The position numbers and the translations under genes are program-made. A DNA stretch of 64,000 nt from NCBI GenBank assembly GCA_964016885.1, contig OZ024762.1:1922001-1986000 (forward strand), written 5' to 3'. The notes below the pieces were generated by a model. That model did no database searches, was not told the DNA's origin, and was given only the letters and a program-made list of their open reading frames with translations. The DNA comes from Eledone cirrhosa. Lineage: Eukaryota. This document shows positions 1 through 14,002 of this stretch, piece after piece. How positions within the stretch are numbered: position 1 is the stretch's first letter; each line of letters starts with the position of its first letter.

Positions 1-15
1 TCCTATATATATATG

Positions 16-46
<31 letters not shown>

Positions 47-49
47 ATA

Positions 50-135
50 CAGGGTGTCACCAAAAAATGCATACACACTTCAATAGCATTCTAATAAACG
101 TTGCCTATACAGGTGACATTTTTGGGGGTACTATG
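50..135. mobile_element. ~100-bp Tc1/mariner-type MITE (degenerate copy; family also at 16121-16219, 57409-57508, 59010-59109)
   Basis: CAGGGTGT... terminus after TA; internal ttctaataaa..ttgcct.tacaggt is shared with three other copies. Confidence 0.5.
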
Positions 136-1216
136 TATATATTATAAAAGAAATGATTTGCGAAAATTGTAGTTTACCTGTAAGAATAAAACTCCAATAT
201 GTTACTGTAAAAAAAAAATTGATTAAAAAACTTATAATTTACCTCTGAGAGTAGAACTCCAAAAAAGTATTATAGAAAATATCCATTGGGTTCTTTTAAA
301 CATGGCTACCAATATCCAGGTATTGGTAAGGCCACATATGATTGATTATTGAATATTGGTAATTGGTTATTGATTATCAGCAAATTAACGTAGCAAATCA
401 ATACAGCTTCTGTGACTCTAATCGAAACAATAAAAAGAAAATGGTGTAGCTGAGCTTCTTGTTTAATTGGTCATACAATAATATCCCAGCATTCAGCTAT
501 GTATGTGTGTGTGTGTGAACTGACCAGACTTCTGAGAAGGGAGATGACAACAGCGCTTTACTTCACAATTCGGTCAATACCTTATCTTCTTCTTCTGTAT
601 TCTTCTTCTTCTTCTTCTTCTTCTTCTTCTTCTTCTCCTTCTTCCTTCCCATCCTTCTTCTTCTCCCAATTTCCCCTTCCTCCACCTCTTTCTTCTTTTC
701 CTTCTACTTCTTTTTCTTCTTCTTCTTCTGCTTCTCCTCCTTCTCCTCCTCCTCTCACTCTCTCTCTTTTTCTTCCAATAAACTTTTTTTCGTACAACAA
801 CAGCAACAACACAACTCTAATGTCACGTTCCTCTCCTCACATTAAAACAAAACAAAATAAAACAAAACCACAAATTAAAAAAAAAAAAAAAAAAAATTAC
901 AACAAACAATGACAAAAAAACAACAACAAAAAAAAACCTGTCCTTCCGATTGGCTTTGGAGTAGAAAAAAAAAGCTGTCTTTTAAAATAAAAAGACTAAA
1001 TGGTAAATATAATAAATATTAGCCACTCCTGAAGTAGGTAAAACTGTTTGAATCAGTAGGTGGTGGTGAATGTATCGCAAAGTTTCCTTCTGGTCAAACT
1101 GGTTTTCTGGAGGAAAAAATAAAAAAATACAAACAGTCCTGTGTATATTCATTGGTTTTAAGTTATTGTAAGTATAATGGCTTGAAACTTAATGGGCCTG
1201 TTTGGAATTTATTTAT

Positions 1217-1282
<66 letters not shown>

Positions 1283-1289
1283 TAGATAG

Positions 1290-1500
1290 ATTTCTTTATT
1301 AGCCACAAGAGCACACAAGAAAAGGGGACAAAACAAAGACATGCCGGGGATCTTACATACAATCATGTAAAAAAATATAAAACAAACAATTATAACAATC
1401 GAAATCCCCAATAGGGGGGAGGCGCCACAAATGGGTTGTTTCATACCCCGTTGATAGAACAACCCTCAACTTCAGGAGCGTGTTGTGCAAGTGCTCCACG
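1290..1500 (-). mobile_element. 3' UTR fragment of an L1/Tx1-like LINE in a GATA-type repeat
   Basis: Reverse complement of 31670-31880; ends ...GTGGCTAATAAAGAAAT; flanked by GATA-type repeats. Confidence 0.6.
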
Positions 1501-1632
1501 AGAATAGATAGATAGTTAGATATAAATTAATATGAAAGTTCTAATACTTATTCTTCAAGTTGTCTTTTTATTTGTTATTATTATTATTATTATTTTTATT
1601 TTTTTATTTTTTATTAAAGATCAAATTAATTT

Positions 1633-1684
<52 letters not shown>

Positions 1685-2278
1685 AGTTTGGTGGTTCACC
1701 AGTCTGGCCTCTTGTCAATTTACTCAGTAATATGAATATATATATATATGATAGCTGCAACTCAATTTTTAGTAATGCCATCACTTGAAACTTAAGTATG
1801 AGCATCACAGACATGGCTTCCTAGTCCTGCTAGGGACTTGCCTATGGCCAGCAATGCCATGCATCACAAAAAATGTCACAGATCAAGCAATGCCTGTGTT
1901 TGAAGCTTTTTTAAGTGAGGAAAGGCTTTGCACGGAGCCAATCCCACTCTCTGAACATCAAATGAATTTACCCAGAAAGTAGAACTGGTCTACATCATTG
2001 GATGCAAATGAAGTTGCAGGTTTTATATCAGAGTAACCTTCTCCTAGAGAGATGTCTTAATGAAGACTAGGAGTCTCTTGCTCCACAAAAAAAAAAAAAA
2101 AAAAAAAAAAACTTTATTGGATGGCCATTGACTCCACGGGGAGTCCAAAATCACCCTCCTCACCAAGCAAGTTTGGTGGGGTTGCCAGTTTAGTCGCCGA
2201 CAACCAGACCATGCACAGGGTTACATGTTACCAGTACAGCATTGAACCCTAGAGCAAGGTTTCAACCATTTTGCAAGA

Positions 2279-2700
2279 TGTCTTACCACTAGATCACCAA
2301 GACAATCTTGGAAGTACAGTGAAAATTAATTTATATAAACTTACTTCAAAGTACTGTGAAAATTAATCTATATAAAATTAATTAACTTATAAGTGAATAA
2401 AGTAAGTTTATATAAATTAATTATCACAGTATTTTCAAGGCAGTCTTGGTGGTCTAGTGGTAAGACAGGTTGTCTGATAAATGAGACCTTAGTCTAGGGT
2501 TCTATCTCAACTAGGACCAAAATTTGGTTGCTGTTTTTTTTTTTAAACATTAAATTGGAAAGTAGGTTTATATAGAATAATTTTCACAATTCTTTTGAGG
2601 CAATCTTGGTGGTCTAGTGGTAAGTAATGAGAGTGCTGAGAGTGCTGAGATCCTGGTTCCTTTTACACACAAAGGCATTCTTGGTGGTCTAGTGGTGGGC
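2279..2700. repeat. Inverted plus tandem copies of a tRNA-like SINE head
   Basis: TCTTGGTGGTCTAGTGG (A-box-like) at ~2443, ~2604, ~2678; inverted copy at ~2280-2345. Confidence 0.45.
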
Positions 2701-2979
2701 ACTTGCTCAGCCTGGGTTCTTTGTTTTATCAACCACATAAAAAAGCTATATGGTTATTTGTGTTAGATTTTTTGTTTTTGTTTGAAAGACCCTCTAAGAT
2801 TTGAACCTACAAATTTGTAAGACATGTTGAGAGATCGTTGAGATCCTGGTTGTGGCAGGGGTCTTACTAATCCTTTCCACTTTTATGTGGTGGTTTCCAC
2901 GAACAATTATTAGTTAGGTTCTGAGGAAAATTCCGCAAATAACTGGGACCGCGAATGCCAGGGGTAAACTGTATATATC

Positions 2980-3150
2980 ATCATCATCATCCTTTAACGT
3001 CCATTTTCCACGCTAGCATGGGTTAGATGGGAGTTGTCCCACTTGAGGCAAGATTGATTGGGTGACCGTGTCTCGGTCGTATAGGACTGTATCTGGCAGG
3101 GTTTCTACGGCTGGATGCCCTTCCTAACACCAACCACATTTACTTTGAGG
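2980..3150 (-). mobile_element. 3' part of a SINE with a (GAT)n tail
   Basis: Reverse complement of the family at 19589-19920. Confidence 0.6.
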
Positions 3151-3542
3151 ACTGGGAGCCTTATCTATATATATACATACATACATACACACATAAATAC
3201 AAAGGGAGGGAAGCTCTGGAGTCCCTTGTACATACATAAATGCGTTTACATAGAGAGAGGCTCTCGTACATACATAAATGCAGACATATTTACATATGTA
3301 CATACAGACATTGCTAAATATATAGCCATACACACATGATAAATTATTCCGAATGTAGAGTAGTTTCAGTATATACTATACACATACTGACTCAAGCAGC
3401 TCAAAGCCTAGAATCAACATATTAAGACGAAACTAAGAAAAGTGATTGAGAATGGAATATAAAACAGTAGATGTAAATAAACAATTGTATTTTTGCAAGA
3501 AACGTTGAATGAATTATAAATGTTGAATGTAGGTTAATTTAA

Positions 3543-4620
3543 CCCTTTACCATTTACATTACTCTATATGTACTATTGTATTTTCATGGTAAAGGCTTCA
3601 CCTCACATAACATTTACATTACTCTATATATACTATTGTATTTTCACTGTAAAGGCTTTACCTCACATAATATCTCATAACATTTACATTACTCTATATA
3701 TACTATTGTATTTTCACTGTAAAGGCTTTACCTCACATAATATCTTACATAACATTTACATTACTCTATATATACTATTGTATTTTCACAGTAAAGGCTT
3801 GACCTCACATAATATCTCATAACATTTACATTACTCTATATATACTATTGTATTTTCACAGTAAAGGCTTTACCTCACATAATATCTCACATAACATTTA
3901 CATTACTCTATATATACTATTGTATTTTCACAGTAAAGGCTTTACCTCATAATATCTCACATAACATTTACATTACTCTATATATACTATTGTATTTTCA
4001 CAGTAAAGGCTTTACCTCACATAATATCTCACATAACATTTACATTACTCTATATATACTATTGTATTTTCACAGTAAAGGCTTTACCTCACATAATATC
4101 TCACATAACATTTACATTACTCTATATATACTATTGTATTTTCACAGTAAAGGCTTTACCTCACATAATATCTCACATAACATTTACATTACTCTATATA
4201 TACTATTGTATTTTCACAGTAAAGGCTTTACCTCACATAATATCTCACATAACATTTACATTACTCTATATATACTATTGTCTTTTCACAGTAAAGGCTT
4301 TACCTCACATAATATCTCACATAACATTTACATTACTCTATATATACTATTGTCTTTTCACAGTAAAGGCTTTAGCTTACATATCTCACATAACATTTAC
4401 ATTACTCTATATATACTATTGTCTTTTCACAGTAAAGGCTTTAGCTTACATATCTCACATAACATTTACATTACTCTATATATACTATTGTATTTTCACA
4501 GTAAAGGCTTTACCTCACATCAGTTTCACATATAATATTGAATCTACGAGATTTTGATATTATTTATTTTGAGAACAATACCTTAACATAAGTATGAGTG
4601 GCCAGTTACAGCCAGTTTAA
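3543..4620 (+). mobile_element. piggyBac-type MITE with an internal 72-bp tandem expansion (right end truncated)
   Basis: TTAA|CCCTTTACCATTTAC start; tandem 60-72-bp units; then the gagattttgatattatttattttgagaacaatacc body shared with unexpanded copies. Confidence 0.75.
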
Positions 4621-5662
4621 ACTCTACAGTATATACCTGGGTATGCAGTACCCTAGGTTAGCTCTATAATGTTTATACATATATGGTAAATACTCATTCG
4701 AGGGGTCAGCAATTCTGACAGGGGTCTATTACCAGCTTTATGTTTATGGGGCCTACTCCCTCCTTTGGAGGTCCTATCCTTTACATCCAGCCTGGGCCTA
4801 CAACCAGCCATTCTACTAAAGGTCTGTAGAAAGCCGATCACCTTTGAATTGATATGAGCATTTTAGACATAACAGGCAGGTATCTAGCTGGGATGAGAGG
4901 AGAGGGGGTCTGTTTATTTATATTTATATATTTTTGTGTTCATATCAAGGTAAAAAGAGTTCTCTATACTGTGGGGAGGATGGTGAAGGATGGAGGGGGA
5001 CAGTGAAGGTGTGAGGGAAAGGAAAATAGTTGTCTTTCTCTTTTTTTTGTCGTCTTTTAAGATGCCATTGCAGCTAGAGGATGGGGAAGGAAAAACTTAA
5101 GTAAACACGTTATTTTAAATTAATCTACCCTTTATTATTTGTGATATGAATGGCGGCTTAGTCAGACAGCCTCCCTTGGTAAACATGTCGTGTTGGAGCA
5201 GCGGAAATGTTAGGTATAAATATAATATATACTCACATCTCCACCCAATCTCACACATACACACGAACAGTCGTACACACATTCACACACATGCTCAGTC
5301 TCTCTCTCTCTCTCTCACACATGCAGTCACACATACACATGCTTATACACAGTGTTACATACACATACTTATACAGACAGTCTCACAATCATATACTTAT
5401 ACAGACAGTCCCACATACACATACTTATACACACAGTCTCACATACACATTCTTATACAGTCTCACATACTTATACAGACAGTCTCACATACACATATAT
5501 AGTAACATAGACAAACACATGCACACACACACACACATGTGTGTGCATCTATATATATATATATAAATCCTGGTTTCAATCGGAGGTAACCACAGTTAGT
5601 AAGGTACTCAATACATTAGTAGAGTGTAAACATCAAGTTTAATATAGAAATGGTTTCTACAG

Positions 5663-5718
<56 letters not shown>

Positions 5719-5869
5719 ATATCCATATGTATTTTAGTCAATTTCGAAATTAGTGCTCAATGAGGGACTTTTTAGGGGGTAGTTTGGGATGAGGTTTAAA
5801 CCATTGTTAGAGTTAGACTTAACAATTCATGAGGATTCAGGTATCTTTCCCAAACTACCAATGATAGTA

Positions 5870-6760
5870 TTTAGCACCTTAGGTTAGCTCTACGATGTAT
5901 ACCTGGGTATTTAGTACCCTAGGTTAGCTCTACAGTACATACCAGGGTATTTAGTAACCTTAAGTTAGCTCTACAATGTATATCTAGGTATTTAGCACCT
6001 TAGTTAGCTCTACAATGTATACTTGGGTATTTAGTACCCTAGGTTAGCTCTACAATGTATACCTTTGGTATTTAGTACCCTAGGTTAGCTCTACAATGTA
6101 TACTTGGGTATTTAGTACCCTAGGTTAGCTCTACAATATTTACCTTGGTATTTAGTACCCTAGGTTAGCTCTACAATATTTACCTTGGTATTTAGTACCC
6201 TAGGTTAGCTATACAGTGTTTATCTGGATAGTTATTATCCTAGGTTAGCTCTACAATGTTTACCTGGATATTTAGTAACCTAGGTTAGCTCTATAATATA
6301 TACCTGGGTATTCAGTACCTTAGGTTAGCTCTACAATGTTTACCTAAGTATTTAGTACCCTAATCTATCCCTACAATGTAAGTCTAGGTATTTAGTACCC
6401 TAAGCTTGCTCTATGTGTGCCTAAGTGTTTAAGATCCTAGGCTTACTCTGCACCATGTTCCTGGATATTGAGTGCCCTGGGCTTTCTCTACAATATGTGC
6501 CTTGGCTTTTAGGGTCCAAGTCTAGCTCTACAGTGTGTTCCCAAGCATTTAGCGTCTGAGGCTAGACCTAGAATGTGTTTCTGGATAATTATAACTCCCT
6601 AGGCTAGCTCTACAGTGTGTGCCTAGGTATTGAGCACTCTATAATGTGTGCCTTGCTGTTTAGGGTCTTAGGTTAATTCTGCCCAGATATTGAGTGCCCT
6701 AGGTTAGCTCTACAATGTGCGCTTATGTATTGAGTACTCTAGGGTATCCCCTACAAAGTG
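5870..6760. repeat. 40-bp minisatellite (GGTATTTAGTACCCTAGGTTAGCTCTACAATGTATACCTG), decaying rightwards
   Basis: 40-bp period visible at 6121-6240; short copies at 4620-4680 and 38725-38825. Confidence 0.85.
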
Positions 6761-7854
6761 TGTATCATTCTCCCAAATGAAATAATTCCAATTTACTTTA
6801 GACACTTCTTGCTCTGATCCCTCACTAAGAAAATTACTGAGCCTGCATTTCTCACTACACAATCCACATCTTACTTCTTTGTTTGTTTGCTTATATCATC
6901 TGCTAAAACTGTCAGTTGTATATTTAAAAGGGAGAAGAGTAGGACCCTCTTCAAGGATGTTGATCAATTGTGTGGAGAAATGTCTAATGGGTGAGAGGGA
7001 ATATGTGTCTATGTATGTGTGTAAGAGGGCATGAGAGAGAGAGGAGGGGAGAAAGAGGGAAAGGGAGAGAGAGAAGAAGAGACACACACAGAGAAAGAGA
7101 GAGAGAGAAACAGAGAGAAAGAGGGAAAGAGAGAGAGAAGAGGAGACACACACACAGAAAAAGAGAAAAAGAAAGAGAGACAGACAAAGAGAGACATAGA
7201 AAAAGAGAAACAGAGAGAGATACAGAGAGAGAGAGAGAGGGGGGGGGGAGAGAGAGACCTATTATCAAAATGCCTATAGGTCGAGTCTACATACATCTAC
7301 GTCGTTGTGCCAGCTTGAGTAAATATAAGGAAAAACCATGAATAATGGAAAAAAATAGCTGCTAATGTTTGCCTGGTTATCGCTTTTGTTAAGATATATA
7401 TGTGTGAAATATGTTTAAAGAAATGAATGTCTTTTGAATAAAAAGCAATGTTTGTTTAAGATATTTATTTAGTTTCTGAAATGACAAAGAAATATTTTGG
7501 CTATGAAAAGAGCCTAGAAGAAAGAATATCCTTGGGTCAAATTAGAACAGAACTGTGTATTGTTGATGGGAGAATACTGGTGGGAAACTTTGCATGTCTC
7601 AGTAATGGTTGGGTCAACTTAGGACAGAATTTGGTGGTAGAATTCTGGGAGAGACTTTACATGTCTCAGTAAAGGTTGGGTCAATTTAGGACAGAACTAC
7701 CTCTGTATTTTTGATGGGAGAATAGTACTGGGTGGGGGTACTTGATACTAATGTGTCTCAGTAAAGGATGAGAGAGGTTTGTTCTTGTATGACTAGCAAA
7801 GGAGAGGTTAGTACTAGGCTGGTGACAAGAATTGGTAGAGCGTGCCTTAACACC

Positions 7855-8150
7855 GTTCCAATAAAACAAAGATAAGCACCAGATAGACAAGACTTTAGGC
7901 TTAAGACAGACTTTAACTCTGCAATGGACTAACGTCCTGTCCAGGGGAGTCTTGTACTCTCAGTTTCTTAACACCAATAAAACAAAGATAAGCACCAGAA
8001 AGATGAGACTTCAGGCTTAAGACAGACTTTAACTCTGCAATGGACTAACGTCCTGTCCAGGGGAGTCTTGTACTCTCAGTTTCTTAACACCAATAAAACA
8101 AAGATAAGCAATGGCCTCATGAACCTCTTGTCTTGGAACAAACTTTAACT
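7855..8150 (+). repeat. ~118-bp tandem duplication of a SINE tail
   Basis: GGCTTAAGACAGACTTTAACTCTGCAATGGACTAACGTCCTGTCCAGGGG occurs twice; single related copy at 19103-19220. Confidence 0.65.
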
Positions 8151-8350
8151 TAACATTATATATTTTACATAACCTTGTGATAGATTGATGCCCTGTCCAG
8201 GGTAGAGTCTTGTACTCTAAAGAGTTAAACTGAATGGAGATTTTTTTTTTTGACAGAATCTAGCTGGAACTCCTCTCCGCTTACTCTGCTTTCAAACTTA
8301 TATCTAAACGAAGGAATTTGTAGTTTATTTGAAGCATTGTATATGGTGTC

Positions 8351-8690
8351 AAGAATTCGAAGCTTGAAAGCCGCGACAATACAGGTTTGGATGGAGAATA
8401 ATTAAATCATAAGAAACAGGGTTTGTTTTTTACCTTAATTTATTCATATGTCCTGATATATCGTGATTAATATCTCTTCTTCCGAGGAAAATAAAGGAAC
8501 TATTCCAGTGTCCAGGGCTGGCTAGACCATGCTGGAATAGTTCCTGTATTTTCCTCGGAAGAAGAGATATTAATCTCAAAATATCAGGACATCTGAATAG
8601 ATTAAGGTAAAAAAACAACCCCTGTTTCTTACCATTTAATTATTCTCTGTCTAAACCTACTTTGTCGCGGCTTTCAAACCTTGAATTCTT
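8351..8690. mobile_element. Foldback/MITE-like imperfect palindrome (~155-bp arms)
   Basis: aagaattc..ttgaaagccgcgacaa...ggaactattccag / ctggaatagttcc...ttgtcgcggctttcaa..gaattctt. Confidence 0.75.
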
Positions 8691-9382
8691 TACATTTAAA
8701 CATTTTGTTGAGTTTGGAAAAATAACATTGGTAGTCATGGCAGTGGTAGTCATGGTAGCGGTGAGACGTCAACTGCGTCACTGCCGCCAACTCTTAAATG
8801 TGATTTAGACAAAAAAGAAGTTTATAAGTAGTTGACATGTTTATTTCCGAAACAAAAAAAAACAAAAAAAGGAGAGAGAGGGGTGGAGGACGGGGTAGAG
8901 AGAGGGTGGAAGAGATAGAGGGAGGGAGAGAGAAAGGCGGAGTGAGAGGGGGAGAAAGAGAGAGATAGGTAGAGAGAAAGAGGTAAAGTGAGAGGGGGAG
9001 AAAAAGGGAGAGAGAAGTTGGAACATTGGTATGGACTATTGCGATCCAAAATGATACAGAATGGAATAAATAAATAAATAATTTAGATTGCATATACAAA
9101 AAAAAAATGAAAAAAGTTAAAAAAATAAAACAAGTGAATCATTATTGACAAATGACAATATCATATTGATTAGGACAATATCAATATTTCAATAGAGAAA
9201 AAATCAATATCTGTAACATGTAAAGCTATTTCTTAATCTTTTGACATGAAAAGTCTTATCTGGGAGTTTCTTTGGGCAGATTTAAATATAGTTTTGGTTT
9301 AGTATAGCAGTCAGTTTCCTATATATATATATATATACACACATACATATATATATATACACACATATATATATATGTATAT

Positions 9383-9420
<38 letters not shown>

Positions 9421-9653
9421 ACACATATATATATATACGTATATATACATTTAAATACCTATATATATATATACATTTATATACCGATATATATATATTT
9501 GTGTGTGTATATATATATATATATCTATATATATATACATATATATATATAGATATATAAATATATGTATATATATATATATTGTTATACTTGGGGAGGG
9601 TCACATTGTTGTAATAATATTGCTTTCACCCTTAACGGGATCTTCAGAAACTA

Positions 9654-9703
<50 letters not shown>

Positions 9704-9907
9704 TATATAATGGGCTTCCACGCAGTTTCTGTCTACCAAATTTCATTCACAAGGCATTGGTCAACCTGAGGGTATATATATAGCAGAAGACTCATGCTCA
9801 AGATGCTGCCAGCACCACCACCACGGCGCTGTATGTTTAAACCCCAGAACCACATGGTTTTGAAGCGAACCCCTTCACCACACAGACATGCCTGCAAATA
9901 GGTTTAA

Positions 9908-10128
9908 CCCTTTAGCATTTAAACTGGCTGTATCTGGCCTTAATTCTCTCACCTTTTTTCTGTTCAAACCGGCTGAAACCAGCTGCTCATACTGATGTTA
10001 TGGTATTGTTCTTAAAATACATAATATCAAAATCTCGTAGATTTGATATCATGTGAGATATTTATGTAAGATAAAGCCTTTACCATGAAAATATAATATA
10101 AATATAGAGTAACGGAAATGCTAAAGGG
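9908..10128 (-). mobile_element. Complete ~220-bp piggyBac-type MITE just 3' of the receptor stop codon
   Basis: TTAA TSDs at 9904-9907 and 10129-10132; TIRs CCCTTTAGCATTT / AAATGCTAAAGGG. Confidence 0.85.
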
Positions 10129-10150
10129 TTAATGTCTGGTTTAATTAGTT

Positions 10151-11315
10151 TTAATTACAATTGTCATTATTATTTGACCCTAATTGCATTTCACAGTAAA
10201 CGTTTGAATTGTATAGGTCTTCGTTAAAGTCTGTTGGTGAGGGTGGGGGAGGGAAGATGAAGTTGCCGTTTGAAGCTCTCCTCGGAGTTTTGTAATGGTT
10301 TGGTTCCGGGTAGAAGCTCCCTTGGGGGACGTTGCCATTCTCTAGATTCAGATCATAGGTGGCGGCGCTATTGGTGGGGTTGTTGTTGGGATTGTCGACA
10401 GTGGTTTTGGCAGTGTTGGTGTTGGTGGTGTTGGTGGTGTTGGTGGTGTTGGTGTTGGTGGTGTTGGTGTTGGTGTTGGTGGTGTCTTTCTCAGAAGCAG
10501 GGATATTTTCTCCGATAACATAATTATCGTTTTGGAATGTCGGAGAAGGGAGAAAACTTTGGTCCTCTGACACTGTGTCGTAGATCGGATGAATAACTGG
10601 GGTCTTGTAATATGTTCCTCCTACTACTCCTACTCCCCTTTCTACACCACCTCCCCCTCCCCTTTCTACTCCTCCTCCCCCTCGTCTTAAAGACCTACAA
10701 TCATAGTTGTCGACAGCCATTGGTGAAACCGGTGTTGGAGTGTTGTAGGAGGAGTTGGAATAATACTCTTCCTTGTCCTCGTCGGACATGAATGATTCCA
10801 GAGGAGGAGGGAGAAACTCCAGAATCTCGTCTTCGGCCGTTAGTTCCGATGAAAAGCTGGCACTGTTCTTGGTTCTCCTCAGCGTGTCTTGCTCAAAGGT
10901 AGGCGCAGAGAATGTTATGTTCGCGTAATGGCTACCACCTGGAAGTATATCACCTTCATGATGACACGAAGAAGTCTCGTATCTCGGTTTCTTAGTTGTT
11001 GCTGCCGTCTTCCTACTCAACGTACCAAATACCTCCTGGCTTGGTTCTTCCGGAATGTTCTCCATTTCAAACTCATTTAAATAATGGTTACTTAGGTCAC
11101 CATTTTCGGTGCCATTTCCAAAAGATTTTGGCGGGTTTTTTTTCTTTGTCACTGCCTGTAGAGTGCTATATGTTGAAACTCTGAGTGGACTTCGACGAAT
11201 GGAAATGTAGTGATCTTCATTATAGTCATAGGGGTCTTGTTTGTTCTCTAGTTTGGAAGGATTAAAAACAGACGATTTTTGAAGCTGCGATAATCTTCTC
11301 CTCTTCCTTTTCACT
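10151..11315 (-). CDS. Receptor gene, coding exon 6 (last): 387-aa disordered cytoplasmic tail with many Tyr motifs
   Basis: Acceptor ttttcag|A at 11315 (phase 2, matches the TM exon); basic stop-transfer RVKRKRRR; open to TAA at 10151; motifs STYSTL, SHYANI, YNTP, YKTP x2, IYDTV, YCEM, FPPPP. Confidence 0.9.
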
Positions 11316-11438
11316 CTGAAAATATAAAGAAAAAATAATAAAATGGCCATGATAAAAAATAATAACAACAAAAAAACTAATACGATTTAAAAAAAAAAAT
11401 TAACTCCAACATAATTTTATATAAGAACCTTACATTAA

Positions 11439-12565
11439 TCCTTTAGCATTTACATTACTCTATATATACTATTGTATTTTCACAGTAAAGGCTTTACCTC
11501 ACATAATATCTCACATACCATTTACATTACTCTATATTTACTATTGTATTTTCACAGTAAAGGCTTTACCTCACATAATATCTCACACAACATTTACATT
11601 ACTCTATATATACTATTGTATTTTCACAGTAAAGGCTTTACCTCACATAATATCTCACATAACATTTACATTACTCTATATATACTATTGTATTTTCACA
11701 GTAAAGGCTTTACCTCACATAATATCTCACATAACATTTACATTACTCTATATATACTATTGTATTTTCACAGTAAAGGCTTTACCTCACATAATATCTC
11801 ACACAACATTTACATTACTCTATATATACTATTGTATTTTCACAGTAAAGGCTTTACCTCACATAACATTTACATTACTCTATATATACTATTGTATTTT
11901 CACAGTAAAGGCTTTACCTCACATAATATCTCACATAACATTTACATTACTCTATATATACTATTGTATTTTCACAGTAAAGGCTTTACCTCACATAATA
12001 TCTCACATAACATTTACATTACTCTATATATACTATTGTATTTTCACAGTAAAGGCTTTACCTCACATAATATCTCACATAACATTTACATTACTCTATA
12101 TATACTATTGTATTTTCACAGTAAAGGCTTTACCTCACATAATATCTCACATAACATTTACATTACTCTATATATACTATTGTATTTTCACAGTAAAGGC
12201 TTTACCTCACATAATATCTCACATAACATTTACATTACTCTATATATACTATTGTATTTTCACAGTAAAGGCTTTACCTCACATAATATCTCACATAACA
12301 TTTACATTACTCTATATATACTATTGTATTTTCACAGTAAAGGCTTTACCTCACATAATATCTCACATAACATTTACATTACTCTATATATACTATTGTA
12401 TTTTCACAGTAAAGGCTTTACCTCACATAATATCTCACATAACATTTACATTACTCTATATATACTATTGTATTATCACAGTAAAGGCTTTACCTCACAT
12501 AATATCCATCTGAGATTTTGATATTACTTATTTTGAGAACAATACCCTAACATCAGTATGAGTGC
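11439..12565 (+). mobile_element. piggyBac-type MITE with ~14 tandem 72-bp units (intronic)
   Basis: TTAA then TCCTTTAGCATTTAC; exact 72-bp period; source of the artefact ORF 11472-12521. Confidence 0.8.
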
Positions 12566-12615
12566 CCCCCCCCCCCCCCTCTCTCACCATCACCATTCAC
12601 CATGTCTTTACTTAC

Positions 12616-12697
12616 CGTCTGCAATAAAAGATGAGACCAACTAAAGCCAGCACCAAAATCAGGAGAACTGCACCAGCTGCACCTCCTATTGCATACA
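12616..12697 (-). CDS. Receptor gene, coding exon 5: transmembrane helix (VYAIGGAAGAVLLILVLALVGLIFYCRR)
   Basis: Acceptor ctcttctgctgcag|TG, donor CG|gtaagt; 82 nt, phase 1 to 2; not in the ORF track. Confidence 0.88.
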
Positions 12698-12906
12698 CTG
12701 CAGCAGAAGAGATGGTGTAACTATAGCAACAACGTACAACAACAACAACAGGAATAATGTCAAGAACAGCAACAACAACAGGAACAATTGCAGTAGAGGA
12801 GTTTTTTTTTCATTGATCCTTGTTCAACAGTAGGAGGGGGGGGGGAAGGTGAAGAGAGAAGATGGATAGTAAGAGAGACTGAGAGACATAAGAGAGAAGA
12901 GAAGAG

Positions 12907-12946
<40 letters not shown>

Positions 12947-13043
12947 AAGAAAAGAGGATGAGAAAGAGAAGAGGATGAAATAGAGAGAGAGAGAGAGAGA
13001 GAGAGAGAAGAATATGAAAGAGAGTGAAGAATATGAAAAATGG

Positions 13044-13094
<51 letters not shown>

Positions 13095-13124
13095 TAGAAG
13101 GGAGGACATATTTATTTTAATTAC

Positions 13125-13346
13125 CCAAGTTAGTTAAGTTCGTTTCATTGCTTTCGTCGTTAGTTTCAGGTTTCCCCTCTCTGATGGTTTCTATGGAACT
13201 GGTCGGCCCTAAGCCTGAATTGTCCCCAGAAGCATCAACCACCTCAGTTTTATCAACGTGTGGGTTGTCCTCTCGTTGTTCAGGTCTTGGTACAGTCACT
13301 CCATCTTCGTGACAATCCACAATAACATAATCACCGTTATCCGCAG
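13125..13346 (-). CDS. Receptor gene, coding exon 4: end of CUB-like domain plus acidic stalk
   Basis: Acceptor tttggtttatag|CT, donor G|gtaatt; 222 nt, phase 1-1; AADNGDYVIVDC...ETNLTNL. Confidence 0.85.
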
Positions 13347-13429
13347 CTATAAACCAAACAAAATAAATACATTTTTTAGAAAAATCCATCAACGGGTTAT
13401 AGAATTATTAATAATGGTTTTAACAGTAG

Positions 13430-13830
13430 ACACAAGGCCAGCAATTTTGGGGAAAGGGTAAGTCGGTTAAATCAACCCCAGTGCATTACTGGTACTTTAT
13501 TTTCTACCGATACTGCCAATCCACCTCCCTAAGAGACAGCTTTATATGGAGGCAGGTAGGCAGGCAGAAGGGAACAGCTTTATAATAATAATAACGAAAA
13601 TTATTGTGTACAGTGCTCAGGTGCACTACAACTCATCAAAGGTGCATGTATAGTACATAGGATAATTGTTTCTACTTTTGGCACAGGACCAGTAATTACC
13701 CCGTACATTACTGGTACTTTATTTTATCGACCCCGTAAGGATGAAAGGCAAAGTCAACCTCGGCAGGATTTGAACTCAGATCGTAAAGGGACGTAACTCT
13801 ATGCTGGAAAGCATATCCGACCCTCTAAAT
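13430..13830 (-). mobile_element. tRNA-derived SINE fragments interleaved with CR1 tail fragments
   Basis: ccagtgcattactggtactttattttatcgaccccgtaaggatgaaaggcaaagtcaacctcggc core shared with 20881-21050, 30851-31170, 35465-35640, 56936-57120. Confidence 0.7.
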
Positions 13831-14002
13831 AATGTACAAAAGTCAGGAAAGTGTATGAGTCATGATGTACACACAGACACACAGACACACATGCGCGTAT
13901 GGAGGGAGAATATCAGGTGTAGTGTTGGCGAATCTCAGGAAAACAAACAGACAGAAGGAAGGGGACAGCTTTATATAGGGGTGTATCAAAAGAGTTACCT
14001 AC

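Noticed and set aside
171-1140. Possible 5' exon of another minus-strand gene (donor-like CAG|gtaaac near 178)
   Set aside because: No coding evidence within the window; cannot be supported
2441-2515. Possible tRNA gene
   Set aside because: A-box-like head only; no cloverleaf or intact B box, so likely SINE-derived
11316-11371. Hydrophobic N-terminus of the 406-aa ORF as a signal peptide or TM segment
   Set aside because: It is the intron polypyrimidine tract; the real TM is the exon at 12616-12697
11472-12521. 349-aa repeat ORF (HNIYITLYILLYFHSKGFTS...) and similar ORFs at 3990, 28972, 60107
   Set aside because: Translation of the 72-bp MITE satellite
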